This document shows, piece by piece, positions 25,639 to 38,934 of a stretch of 64,000 bases of DNA. The translations under genes were made by a program, and so were the position numbers. Numbering within the stretch: position 1 is the stretch's first letter; each line of letters begins with the position of its first letter. The stretch is from Camelus dromedarius (taxonomy: Eukaryota). The stretch covers positions 101,620,001 through 101,684,000 of the forward strand of contig NC_087472.1 of the NCBI RefSeq assembly GCF_036321535.1, written 5' to 3'. The notes under the pieces were generated by a model. It was not told the DNA's origin. It was given only the letters and a program-made list of their open reading frames with translations, and searched no databases.

Positions 25639-26532
25639 CTTGAACCTACCACCTCCTGCCTGCTAGCTCTGCTCTCTACCCATGACCTATAGCCTCACTC
25701 TAGCTACCATAGTTTCCCCTCACTCACCTTTATCTCCTGAACTGAGGGACTATGCGGAGTCCCTGGTTCCTCACCCTGGGTTGTAGCCTAGAAATTGTAG
25801 CAAAAGAACCACTCTTTCCTATATTTCATCATCTTACTTCTTTCTGCTGGGAAACTTACATCTGGTCTCTATTATCAAAATTCATTTTTAGGAGGAACCA
25901 GGGACCCAGCATCCTCCCTCAGCTGGGGGAGATAAACCTGACTTGACTCGGGGAAACTGAGGTAGCTAGCGAGAGCCTGTAGCTCAGGGGCAGAGAGCAG
26001 GGCTAGCAAGCAGGAGGTCCTGGGTTAGAAGTGCCTGCCTCTCTGCCTCTCTGCCTCTCTGCCTCTCTGCCTCTCTGCCTCTCTGCCTCTCTGCCTCTCT
26101 GCCTCTCTGCCTCTCTGCCTCTCTGCCTCTCTGCCTCTCTGCCTCTCTGCCTCTCTGCCTCTCTGCCTCTCTGCCTCTCTGCCTCTCTGCCTCTCTGCCT
26201 CTCTGCCTCTCTGCCTCTCTGCCTCTCTGCCTGCCTCGAACCTACAACCTCCTGCTTGCTAGTCCTAGCTCTCTACCCCTAACCTACAGGCTCTCGCTAG
26301 CTACCAGAGTTTCCCCTCACTCACCTTTAACTCCTCAACTAACGAATGATGCTGAATCCCTGGTGCCTCAGCCTGGGTTGCAGCTGAGGAACCAGGGACC
26401 CAGCATCCTCCCTCAGCTGGGGGAGATAAACCTGACTTGACTCGGGGAAACTGAGGTAGCTAGCGAGAGCCTGTAGCTCAGGGGCAGAGAGCAGGCCTAG
26501 CAAGCAGGAGGTCCTGGGTTCAAGCCCCGGGG
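25639..26532. repeat. Duplicated inverted repeat A'-A-[microsatellite]-A'-A, unit about 135 bp
   Basis: A at 25892-26026 and 26386-26520 are near identical. Diverged reverse complements lie at 25639-25772 and 26238-26369. Confidence 0.9.
26032..26237 (+). repeat. Octamer tandem repeat (CTCTGCCT)n, about 25 copies
   Basis: Near-perfect array read directly; gives the LPLCLSAS repeat in the ORF track. Confidence 0.95.
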
Positions 26533-28659
26533 AAGGACAGAGGAGTTTTTGCTGGAAGCAGAAATCATATTCCATTTTTAGATACGTGGAGTCAGAGTGC
26601 TACCTCCGTTTCTAACTTGCTATCTGTGCTTATGAAATTTCCCCAAAGGTCTCAATGAACTTATGGGCCTGATTTCCCCAACAGACTAATTCACCATTAG
26701 GATCAAAAGTTACATCTCACCCATCCTTTTGCTCAGTCACAATGATCACAGGTAGGCGGTTGGTTAATGCGTAATTCTGGCCACTGTTTGCCTTGCCATA
26801 ATGCCACGTAGACCAGAACAGCCATCTGCTAGGTTTTGAGGTTGTAATTCCGCCCATGGGTGCAGAGGTATGCCCGATAGTAAAACACTTATTTTACCTC
26901 TTCCGCCTTGAGTTTAAGGGTTATCACTCATCATAAAGTTATTTCAAGTCTTTAAAAAAAACCCACTTCATTTCAGGGACATCCTTCACACATACCACTT
27001 ATCCATGTAACTTAAATGTGGTTCAACGACATCCATTAATTTGGAAGTGTGGCTCCCACTCTGACATGAGTTCATTGCACTGAGCCATGTAGATGAATGA
27101 TAAAAATCAGGCCCAGGAGACGCTAGTCATTCTTGCTAAACTCAAATCCAGTTTTTTGGTTTGTATGTTTACTACTTTGGCAGACTTTTGATCCTACTTA
27201 AGTTGGGCATGTAATAACACATCCACGATAAGTGGAACTGTTCCAGTGTGGACTCATGAACCTGCCTTTCGAAACGCCTGATTTATTCCAGCATACCTTT
27301 CCCACTACACTTGTCCGCAGACGATGCCCTCCACCAGGACCACGCCACCTTGCAAACACACCCTGTACTTCACATATAGAGGGAAAGGCTCCCTGATGGC
27401 TTTTAAGGTTTCATCTTTCCGTTTAGCAAAGGTACAACATTTAGACTGTGAGCACACTTTTTGATCAGCGAGATTAGACACAGCAGGCAATAAACTAACA
27501 ATGCAGGTTTCTATACCCTGCTAAACTATCGCTCAAGAGTGAGGACACAGACAATCTGGGAAAACTGTGATGGAAGATAACGTCTACAGTATCTCATCAT
27601 CACCGCCTGAAAACAAAATGACTAGGAGAACAGAACCAAAACCCACAAACAAGAGCTACCAAAAAAGAAAAACAAAACACTAGGTGGTAAGCCATCTTGA
27701 GCCCTAGCATAGTGACGGTACAAAAAACCAAGGCCAAAGTGGCAGACAGAGCAGACTTGTGGCTTTCAAAGGAATATGCTTTAGGTGATCAACTGATTAT
27801 GCAGCAGGACCAATGGAAGCCAGCGGGCAAAAGTGGCTCAAGGAAAACAACTCTCAGTATAGAACTCTACACTCAGGAAAGTTCATTTTACTTATTCACA
27901 TACATTTTTGTTGAAGTACAGTTTACAGTGTTGTCCAATTTCTGGTGTACAGCATGAGGGGCGGGGGGCAGCGGCTTCCCCATGTCTAGACCGGAGGTCT
28001 TCTGCTTTCAAAGTCTCTAGCATGCCGTGATGGTCTGTGATGGCTTTCTCCCCTCCCCCACCCCCTTCACAGTCTGTAAGGGAAACTCATTTTTCACTCA
28101 TCTGTCTCTACATTTAAAGCACACCTCTTATAGATAGTATATCGCTAGGTCTTATTTTTCCTTATACATTCTGGTAGTCATCGACTTTTATTGGCGTGTA
28201 CAGTCTTTCAGGGGTATGGAGGCGGCGGCCCCAGAACTGAAACTCTTACAGGCACTCAAGTCTCAGTTCAATGGATGCGACTCGGCTCCATAAATGGATC
28301 AATCCATTCATCTTTGCCTCCTTTTACTCTGCCGCCTTTCTTTTCCTGATCTCTTTACTCCCAAGGTAAAGGCTACTTAATACCCAGCCCAAGTTCCACT
28401 TCCTCCATTGAGCCATTCACTCAGGGCTCAGGGGGTCATTCATTCACGGAGCACTGAGTGATTAGGGGCCTCCCATGCGGTACTCACTCAGGTAGTAGTA
28501 AGTGCTCTGATGAACTAAAACGGGGATGTGAGCGCGAGCAAGGCTACGGGCAGCAAGGCATGGAAGCAACGACAGTACAGACCGAATGACCAGGAAGGCC
28601 TGCGGTTTGCAACTAGGCATCAGAGACAGCGCTGACCCCGACCTCTAGCCCAGTGTGGC

Positions 28660-29040
28660 ATCTGGACTAGCTGGTTACCAAAGTGATTTCCTCCTATTCT
28701 TGAGCACAGATGCAGCGGGACTACATTTCCCAGCCCCGCTCGCAGCTGGGCGTGGCCAGGTCTTGCGGTCTAACAGTAGCATGTGAACTTCCAGCACAGC
28801 CCATAAAAATCTCCCACCCGTTCTTCACATTCTTGAGACCTGAGAAGTCATAGACCAAAGATGGTAGAGTCACCGGATAAAAAGAACCTGGATTCCTGAA
28901 CTCCGGCTAGGAGACGAGCCACCCACCAATGAAGAAAAACCCATTTTGGACATTATTATGCAAGTGAAGAAAAAACCTGACTTGCATTAAGCCACTGTGA
29001 CACTGGGGGTTGTCAGGACAGCTCACATTGCACTGACTGG
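28660..29040 (+). mobile_element. MaLR MLT1-type solo LTR
   Basis: gactacatttcccagcc...tgtggcca motif and ttaagccactg 3' motif. Confidence 0.7.
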
Positions 29041-32000
29041 CTGAAGTCGCTGTGTCATTGCCGTGGCTACTCCTTTGGCCCTTCCTCAGCCTAGGACACG
29101 GCCTCACCACGCTCCCGTTTAGCTTTGCACTTCCAGGTTTCCTTTCCTTCCTATAGGTCCCACCCCATCAACTGGGATGGCAGCAGGGCAGAGGCTTGTC
29201 CTTCTAAGGTGAGCGCTTTGACGTGCTAGCTGCCCTCACTGCTGTAGCGTGGCAACGGAAGCGCCTAGGCCCTGTACGGCACGCGTACCTTTAGGTGGGG
29301 GAACGACGAATGCTTTCTCTTAGTTTGCTTAGAACACATGCTTTCTAGACTCCCACAAGTGCAGTCTTTGCCTCAGTCCTTCCCCAAATTACAACCACGT
29401 CTGACCTGGCGGGGCGGGGGGAGTGTGCTAGTGCTGCTCGCGCTGCTGCCGCTGCTGCCGCTTTCTCAGGACAAGGACTATTCCTTGTGCACCAGGCACA
29501 CTGTCAGGCACAGAGTAGGTGCTCAACGACCGCTTGCTGAAGGAACGAATAGGGCCACTCAATGCTGTCAAACACACTGGGATGCTATGGAAATAATCTG
29601 CAGACGTTTCTGCTCTTCAGAAAACATCTTTAAAGCCACCCCCTCAATTTACAGTCAGCCGTGACAAAAGCTTGTCCTTGAAAACCAGATGCATAGACGG
29701 CAGGCTAAATTATGAGTCGCTTTGGGGCATCCAGAGAAATAAGGATGGTGCGAGAGGGCACGCTAAGTAGGACTCTGCTTGCCTGTGGCTCTGCTAAGTG
29801 CTGTTTTTTATCCCTTCTGCTCTTTCTTCCCAAACTCTACAATTTACAAAGTCACTCTTTATTCTGACACATACCTCCCTAAGTCACCTACCCAGTAAAA
29901 GCTGCAAGCATCCACTGTACTCGATTTCTCCCCAAGGCCAATGCCCAGGCAAGGCACCTGCGGCCAGCCAGGCTGAGAGGCCTTGTCAGTGCTCTCAGAG
30001 CAAGGTGCCCAGCCCCACACAGGCTCACGCCTTCATAGTGCCCTCCTGCTCCAGACAGCAACTTTCTTTGAGAGTCACAACACCGAGCTTCTCTGGTCAG
30101 AGACACCAAGGCCAGACCAAGTTGGCAATCAGGAAAAGCATGGGCTATACCATAACCTTGAAGAGTAAAGACATTCTTTTATAGTTTTTCTTTTATAGCC
30201 TCAGACCCATGTGGTGCTAGGAATCAAGATTAAAACAGAAATGCCGCCAACCTGCAAACCAAATGGCATGAGTCAATGACATCAGCCTGACACCTGTTTT
30301 GAGCCTAAGCAGCCATCCAAGTTGCACACAGGGTCACTTTGTTTGTTGCAACAACAGAGCAACATTAGGAAGAGGTATTTTGGACAGGATTTCACTCACT
30401 ACAAAAACAGCTGGCTAATCTTTTTCCCAGTAATACGTGAGAATCATTTATTATTTCATTTTTTAGAAGACATCAATTAATATTCCCTTTATTTGATGCT
30501 GGTGCCACAATTAAACTGAACATGCTTTAATTCATCTAATTTTCCTTAAAATTTAAATTCGTTAGGCTGTACCCTTTTGATATGTATATTCTCTGTGTAC
30601 ATGAGAACCATTTATTATTTCATTACACTTACACAACCCATAAACCACCTAAACTGGCTGTTTCCCAAAAGTTGCCAAGTGAATTCAGTCAAAGGTATAG
30701 ATTCAATCTTGTGTAGACATGGGGCAGACCCTTTTTAGTGGGCTGTCCTCGGGCCCCCTCTGTCAGTTTTGCAGAGAATTAGACATCAGGGCAGGGATGT
30801 CTACATGAAGAGGTGGAGCTAGCAGAGAGAAGGCAAGCAGATACCTAAACACAACTTGGCAATCTCCTTGTACTTAAGAATGAGGTTCAGCCAATGTTCC
30901 CTCGCGCTCTTTAGCTTTCTTTTAAACGCTGTCAAACCAACAGCTTTGGTGAGCAACATTTATTTGCCTTTTATCCACCCAAGTAAAGGTTTGTTCTTTC
31001 CAGAACAAAAGCCACCAGGGACAAGTGACACGCAGAGGTGTCCAGATTCCCATCTCTCTCCCCACTGTGTCAACTTACCACTGAGCCCTCCGGGGTCTTT
31101 ATTAGCTATTGGCTACTGGCTACAGCCCACTCCAGAAATACCAGTGCCATCTGTGGTAGGGTTTTCTGCAAATCCGCAGGAAGCAGAGTCTACTGGGACT
31201 GTCCAGGCAAACTGCCTCGTCAGGGGTGTAACAGACTCCAGAAGTTCACTCCTCCTGAGGTGAATTCAAGCCAGTGGCCTGGAGCAGTTTGGGGTCTGAA
31301 CTGTAGGACTATCAGGGCCTTTTTAGTAATGAGTATGGATTTGGGGCTTTGGGGGTGGTTGTAGTTATTTGGGTTAACCCCAAAAGGCTCATCTCAAACA
31401 TTAAGAAAACCCCAGGTGCATGCTCACTTGGCACTGAGGGTGCAAGACCTAGTAGGCCTGTCCCCCGCCTCCTGCTTCCCTGGGCTGCACTGTCCCCTTC
31501 ACCCTCTCATTCTACTTCCGTTCTCTGTCCCCTTCACACTCCTTTCCTTTTTGTCCTTGGTGAGGGCCTAGGCCTTGACAGACCAAGACTATCCTGCCCT
31601 CTTTGGCTAGATTACATTTTCAGCCTGTAAAGAAAGTCCTGGTGTTGGTGTTTTTTCCCATGTGATCTAAGGGCCAACGTTATAGCTGCGATGGCCTTGA
31701 CAAGAATGAAACCCATGAGTACCCAGAAAAACCAGACCAAGAAATTAGAATGACGAGTCATTCTCTGATCTCTCCTTATCCAATAAAACACGTACAAAAC
31801 AATGACGCTCACGCAACCGCCATGACCCTCCACTGTGTCATGTTCACCTTTGTTCCTGCAACTTCTTTCAGCCCAGCTTCTCCTACACTTTCACGTGCTG
31901 AGGATTACCGTGTATCAACAACTTGCCACCTTGCTCTGAATATTCATTCGACAAAAAATTACTGAATATCCGCCGAGTGCTCTCTGTGCCTGAGGCACTG

Positions 32001-33879
32001 AGATGTGAGGTCTCTGTCCCCCCCAAAGCCTGCTGTCTGGTAGGAGAGACAGATGACAAATAAACACAGATATTATGCCAGGCGGTAGGCATTCTGTGCA
32101 GAAGTAGAAAAGTGGGGTGCAGGGGTAGAGGGCGGTGCCGCACAGAAGCTCGGTGCCTTGCCGACGTCCCCACAGCACTCACTGCGACACTCTGAAGGCC
32201 GCTTCCCGTGACCCCTGGAGACTCTGCCTGGAGCTGATTATTTTTCTGGCAGTGGGAGAATGCTTGGCCCAGAAGCAGGGTAAGCAAAAAGGATTAGGGA
32301 ATTCATGCCCCTGGGAGCAGCCCTCAGCGATGACAGATGCCCTCCTCCAACGTTAAGCCACCTCCTGAGTGTGGTCTGCGCCCTTCCAGAGTTCTTCAGC
32401 GGCCTGAGCTCCAACTGGCCACGTGGTGACCGCTGGATGGCACGTCTCTATTGGATTTGTCCCCACCTCTGTCTCTCTCTGTTCCCCACGCCCTACAGGT
32501 GTTACCTGGGTCTACTGTTCAGATGAACCACTTGGACTCCAATCCTTGTGTCAGGTTCTACTTCTGGGGGAACCTAAATTCAGACAGGTAGGGAGGGCTT
32601 CTCTGCCAAGGTGACGTCCAAGCAGATCCCTAATGCGGTGAGGGAGGTGTCAAGTGAAAATACGCGGTGGGAGAGTTCCCAGTAGAGACAACAGCAAAAG
32701 CAACGGCTCTGAGGTGGGATGGTGTCTCAGCGTTTGAGGAACAGCAAAACCAGAGCGCAGGAACAGAATGAGTGGGGGAAAGGGCGTGAGAACAGGTCTT
32801 TCTTACTTTCCTCATTTTACACTTACAATATCTCCTTTAATCCTTTCACTATTTCCTCCATTTCTGAGAAATGATGGCTCATTTTCTGACAGTTCCACCA
32901 GTTAAATAAAATGCAAATAGCATTTTTTATTTCATTCTATTTAAATGCGCCTCACACTGACTGGTGCAGGGGAGCTGACGGTGTGCACAGCCCCGCTCAG
33001 GGAGGCAGCCTCGGGAGGGAAAGCGGCAGGCTCTGCAGTGGCGCCCCCGACCATGAATTTTTCTTTAAAAGATGGGAGACAAATGATTTTCTCCTGCTCC
33101 ACTGCCATCATCATTATCAGAGACACTTTCTGCTGAAACCCATTATGTACCAATCTTTAGGCCACCTGTTTTTGCCTTCATCATCTCTGACCTTCACACC
33201 AGCTCTAAAAACCAAACAGTTACTACGGTCCAGGCCAGGGAGGCCACCCTCCTACAGTGAGGCACTCCCCTTGCACCTCTGGCTACACAGGACACACCCT
33301 GGCAGTGGGGCCCATGGTCACAGTGCCCGTGCCATGCATCCCGGGCCCTGCCGAGGTGGCGACTTTGATCCTGAATATGAGACTCCAGATCACAGAGGAT
33401 GCGGAGTTCTTTTTAGGCAGCTGGCATGAGCTTCGCACAGATGCCTCCCGGAGCAGGACTGCTTTGCTGCCTCCTGGGAGGTTCATCATCAAAACTTCCT
33501 GCCCTGCCCCACATCGTGACTCTCTCCATTGGTGCTTCTGGCTGGAGCCCCAGGGTAGCCGACAGCGTCGTCTCTTAGTGCTTCATTCTGCTCACAGCTC
33601 CTTCTGGAGGAGATGGCATCTAAAAATTAGTCAGCAATAAGCGAGCCCTGAGGTGATAACTATTAAGGCCTAAAAGGCAGGCCAGGGAGACTGAGCTCTG
33701 TTGGCAGAAAGGGTCTGTGGTCTCTGTGGGTAGTCCTCAGGGAGTCCCTTAGCACCTCTAAGGCTTAGGTTTCTCTCAGGCTGGAAGCACTAACAAATAG
33801 TTTTCAGAGCTCCCTTTTACTCCTTTCTGATTGTCCTTAGTGCTTGCCAAGTGTCTATGTGTCCATCTACACTTTCAGC

Positions 33880-34146
33880 TTCTGATGTAGTCAGACTGCA
33901 GCCAAAAGAGCCAGTGTCAGCTACCAGGCAGCGGGCCGCGGACGGAAGTACCATGCACCACCTCCACCTCCACCCTCACAAAACCTCCCATGAGCCTTGC
34001 TTCACTCTTCTCCACTGCTTGGGGACTCCATGTTCTAGGCTCACAGCCGACTGCGTGAGGAAGAAACTGAACTTTTACTGTGTTAAAGCACTGAGCTTTG
34101 CTGGTTTCTCTGGCATCACTGCGGAGTGCAGCCTAGCCTGACTAAT
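33880..34146 (+). mobile_element. MaLR MLT1-type LTR fragment
   Basis: aacttttactgtgttaaagcactgag...cagcctagcctgactaat 3' end. Confidence 0.6.
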
Positions 34147-34375
34147 CCGGTTTTCCTTTATTCTGCCTGTTCCCTCCTTCACTCACTTGTACTTTCAGAT
34201 ATCATTCATTCACTTGATATTAACTAACTGCTTGCTACAAGGCTAGGCACTGGTACTTTAGCATGAATAAACCTTGGGCTCTCCCCCTAGAGAAGGGTGG
34301 CTATCTAGGGCAGGAGATAGATATGGGAACAGAGACAATAATACAGTGTGATAGGTGTGTCCGGGGCACATAACT

Positions 34376-35046
34376 GTGTGTGTGCGCGCAGAGAAATAAA
34401 TATTCAGTGGCCTTTACCTTCAGAAAACTTCAAGCACTGTACTCTTGCTAGTTTGTTAGAGCGGGCAGATAGCTGGATATGAGCAGAGAAGGAGGGGCAC
34501 GGGCCAAATGGCAAGAAAACATGCATCTTGTGAACAACGGGAGTCCTTGGGCAAAGGAAAGCAGAACCTCCGGACTGACAGGGGATCACACATTTTAGGG
34601 CGACAAGGACCTAGAGGCGGACAAAGATGGGAAAAGGCGGGAATTTCTGGCATCTGAATGTAAACTTTTGCTCATTAAGCCCTCATTACAATAAAATTAG
34701 CCTTGCAGATTGTAAGTACTCATCATGTACCAACACCATGATACTTCCGATCAACACTAAATAAGGACAGAAATCCCTCCTCCCCTCAGGAAGGTGGAAC
34801 TGGGATGAAAATCAGGAAATATGACCCCCAGACCCCTCCTCCCCCAATGAATATTCTGCCCATTCATTTCTACACCCCATATAACCACCTTGCCAAAGAA
34901 ACTCAGGGCAGTACTCACCTGAGTCTGCCCACTCTCCCCTTGAGAGTCCACCATTGCTTAGTAAATCCTCACTTTGCTTTCTTGACCTCCGTATCTCATT
35001 TCTGAATTCTTTCTGTGACGCGTCAAGAACCTGCTCTCCAGTAACA
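34376..35046 (+). mobile_element. ERV-like solo LTR
   Basis: TG...CA ends (ccagtaaca), TATA-like catataa near 34878, agtaaa polyA-like signal near 34960, U5-like gaattctttc...caagaacc. No TSD resolved. Confidence 0.65.
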
Positions 35047-35495
35047 TCTTCATTCTTTATCAGACTCCTTTCTTCTAGACAGTGCTCACCCTCGCAAACT
35101 GCACCAGTTCTGAAAGAACTTCATTTACCACTGCTGTCTCCTTTCTAACAATCCATCATTCATTTCTACAATTCATGCCCCTGTTTGAAGATCATCCAGT
35201 GGTCTCTCATTGCCCACATAATGTCCAGACTCCTCAATCTGGCATTGATCTGGTTCTGAGCTATCTCTCTAACATTATTTTCCACTTCTCTACCCAAAAC
35301 TTCTCCTTCAACCAGCCTGGCATAATCCATGTCCAACAGCCCACACCACTGGAGCCCTACTTCCATGTCTTTTTCTCGCTCCATTCTTTCTCCCAGAACT
35401 CCCTCCCCTCCTTGTCTGCGTAAGTCTCTTCTCTTCCAAGTTCCACCTCAAGTGATATGTTTGGTCTTTCTGCCTACTCCAGTCTACAGCATTCA

Positions 35496-37858
35496 CACAT
35501 TCAACAACTTAGATGAAATGGACAATTCCTTCGGGAAAAAAACTCTTGCAAAGGACGTAGGAGAAATAGAAAATATAAACAGTCCTATATCGCCTAAAGA
35601 AATTGAATTCTTAATCAAAACCCTTCCCACATAGAAAATTACAGGCCCAGATGACTTCACCAGTGAATTCCATAAAACATTTTAGGAAGAAATAATCCAA
35701 TTTATACAAATTCTTTAAAAAAAATAGAGGAGGAGAAGAACATTTCTCAATTCATTGTATGAAGCTTGTATAACCTTGATACCAAAACCTAATGAAAGAT
35801 ATTTCTTAAAAAAACTATAGCTGCCATATTTAATGGTGAAACATTGACTGCTTTCCCCTAAGACTGGGAAGAAGTCAAAACATCTACTTTCACCAGTTTA
35901 ATAAGACACAAAGATAAGAAAGCAAGTAGTAAATACTGTCGTTATCAGGCAAGATTGTGTATGTGGAAAACCCTATGAAACATACACAAATTGTTAGAAC
36001 TAAAGAGTAAAATTAGAAAAGTCACTGCTTATATAGTCAATATATGAAAATCCATTGTATGTCTCTCTATATATACTAGTAGTGACAAATTGGAGAATTA
36101 AATAAAAAGGAATAGCATTTACAAGAGTATCAAATATATAAAGCTAACAAAAGATTTTAAGTCCTTTACACTAAAAACTACACAACATTGCTAAGGAGAA
36201 ATTATAGAAGGCCTACATGATCAAAAGCTATACTATATTCAGGGATGGAAGACACAACATTGTTAAAGAAAGCCATTCTCCCCAAATTCATCTATCGATT
36301 CAAATCAATGGCCAATCAAAAAGCCTAGCATTTTTAAAAAATAAATTGACAGGCTGATTCTGAAATGTATATGAAAATGCACAGGTTCTAAAATAGCTAA
36401 AACAATCTTAAAAGAGAAGAACAAATTTGGAGGATTTATACTACCCGATATCAAGACTTACTATAAATCTACAGAGGTCAAGACAGTGCGGTTTTGGCAG
36501 GAGAGTAGACATATAGATCAATGGAGCAGAACAGAGTCCAGAAGTAGACCCCCACATGTAGAGTTGATTGATTTTTTTGAAAAAGGCATTAAATCAGTTC
36601 AATGGGGGAAAAGAAAGTTTTTGGGTTTTTGTTTTTTACACGTGGTTCTGGAACCATATACGTATGGGAAAAATTAATTTTGATCCCTACTTCACTCCAT
36701 ACACAAAAAGAAATTACAGAAAGATCACAGACCTAAACATAAAAGCTAGAACTATAAAACCTCTGGAACAAAATGCTTGAGAAAACTTTCATGAACTTAA
36801 GGGAAGCAGATTTCTCTGATAGGGCTCAAAGGGGACCAGCCATAAAAGAGAATGCTGATGAATTGGACTTTATCAAAATTGTAAAATGTCTGCTCAGCAA
36901 AAGAATACCATTTAAAAATAAACTGGCAAGGCACCGACTGGGAATAAATATTTGTAATCCATATATTTGACAAAGAACTTTCATTCAGAGTATATAAAGA
37001 ACTACAAATCAGTAGTAAAAAGACAAGGAATCCAATTAAAAATGAGGAAAGGGCTTAACTAGACATTTCACAAGAGAAGATATATGAACGTCTAGTGAGT
37101 ATATGAAAAGATAATTGACATTATTTGTCGTCAGAGAAATTCAAATTAAAACCAAAATGAGATACCATTTCACAGCCACTGTACTGACTGCTGACATACC
37201 AAGTGCTGGCGAAGATACAGAGCAACTAGAACTCTGATACACTGCTGGTCGGGGTGTAAAATGGGGCCACCATTTTGGAAGAATCACTGCCAGTTCCTTA
37301 TAAAACTAAACATTTACACTTACCCTATGACTAAGCAATTTTACTCCTTGATATTTACCCAAGAGAAATGAAAATGTAAATCCACAAAAAGACTTGTACA
37401 AAAATATTCTTAGCAGCTTTATTCATGATAGCCTCAAACTGGAAACAGCCCAACTAAACAGATAAACTATGGTATATTCTTAAAGTGGATTACTGCTCAA
37501 CAATAAAAAGGAATGAACTACTGAGACATACAACAGCATAAGTAAATTTCAAAAATATTATGCTGAATAAAAGAGACCAGATATTTTTTAAAAATCAAAC
37601 TGTAGGATTCATTTTATATGTAGCTCCTAGATCTGAACATGAAACTCAAATCTGTATGATAGAGATCAGAATAATGGTTGACAAAATGGGTGGAAGATTG
37701 GTTGGAAAGGGGTACTAAAAGTTTAGGGGGTGATGGAAATGTACTATATATTATTTTGGGAGGTGGTTACACAAATGTGCATGTCAGAGCTCATCGAACT
37801 CAACAGTTAAGGTGCATACACAACTTAACTATATGTTACATTATATCTCAATTTTAAG
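35496..37858 (+). mobile_element. Old L1M (L1MC-ME type) 3' portion, embedded in an L2 remnant
   Basis: ORF2 remnants (FNNLDEMD, HIDQWSRTE) and an old-type 3' UTR. L2 tail tgttgaatgaatgaatg follows at about 38000. Confidence 0.85.
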
Positions 37859-38934
37859 ATTATCCTCTCTCTCTCCCCAAAAGACTGTGTTGAGTGCTAC
37901 TGTGTTATATTGTTATTTATTACTTTCATGTGTGGTTATCCATTTTAAACTTTATTAGATCCCTCAGTAGGACCTGCACAATATTTGAGACTCCATATTT
38001 GTTGAATGAATGAATGAGTAGTAATCCGACAGTGTAAAAGGGAAAAAATGGTAAAGAAAAGTTAGAATATGACACCATACACAATTCCATTGTTTCTATT
38101 TTCTTGGGAGTCAACACCATTGCAAACGAAGATCCCTGTCTCCCAACACAAAACAGTAACCCAACAGCTAAGACTTCTTGCTTTCATTTACACAAAAAGA
38201 GGCGGCGAGGAAATAAGAGAAAGCTTTTGTCTCCTATATTTTAAGGTAACACCACATAATTATTACTCTATTTCTTAACTCTTGTGCAATAGACCAAAAG
38301 ACATCTGATGAATCACCTTTTCACTCATAAAACCCTGCTTATATCTTTCATCGCTTTTATCCTCCTAGAATAATAGCAGAGAAACAGTACTTGACGGGCC
38401 TGCATTATCAGATGCTATTGGAAAGGTCTAGATAAGAGCGCCGAACCACCTATTAGTATTCTGCATGCAAACCGTTCTCTATAACCCAGAGTCATCCGTA
38501 TCCTGGCAACCCTCAAAATTTCATTCTCATTGAATTGCTAGATCTTTATCAAAATATAATTATAGCCTTAATTTGAAAGATAAATTTTGATTGCCAGTGC
38601 CATGCCCAAAGGAAGAACTAATCAGGTGGGAGACGGCTTAGGCACAATTGTTAACCATGTAATCAATGTCATGAATCACCCATCCCCTAAAAACATAACT
38701 TTGGGGGAAGTTGTGAGGGGTAGAGTAAGGAGGGGACAAAATCATCAGGGCGTCAGACTTACTTATGACTCTGTTACATTATGTTTGCTCCTTTTCTCCT
38801 ATTACGGCTTAAGTACTCGTCAGCTCTTCCCAACTGGAAGAGTCTGGGGAAGGCCCAGGCTGTGTGAACTGCTTCTGTGTGTGCTCACAGTGGCCCAGCC
38901 TGTAGCAGGAAGTCACCCAGTCTACAAGCCTCCC

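Noticed and set aside
26031..26282. 83 aa [14 protein letters not shown] ORF
   Set aside because: Translation of the octamer microsatellite.
25639..26532. CRISPR-like array or functional tRNA gene
   Set aside because: Eukaryotic context, no repeat-spacer periodicity, and the tRNA-like part lacks a convincing cloverleaf.
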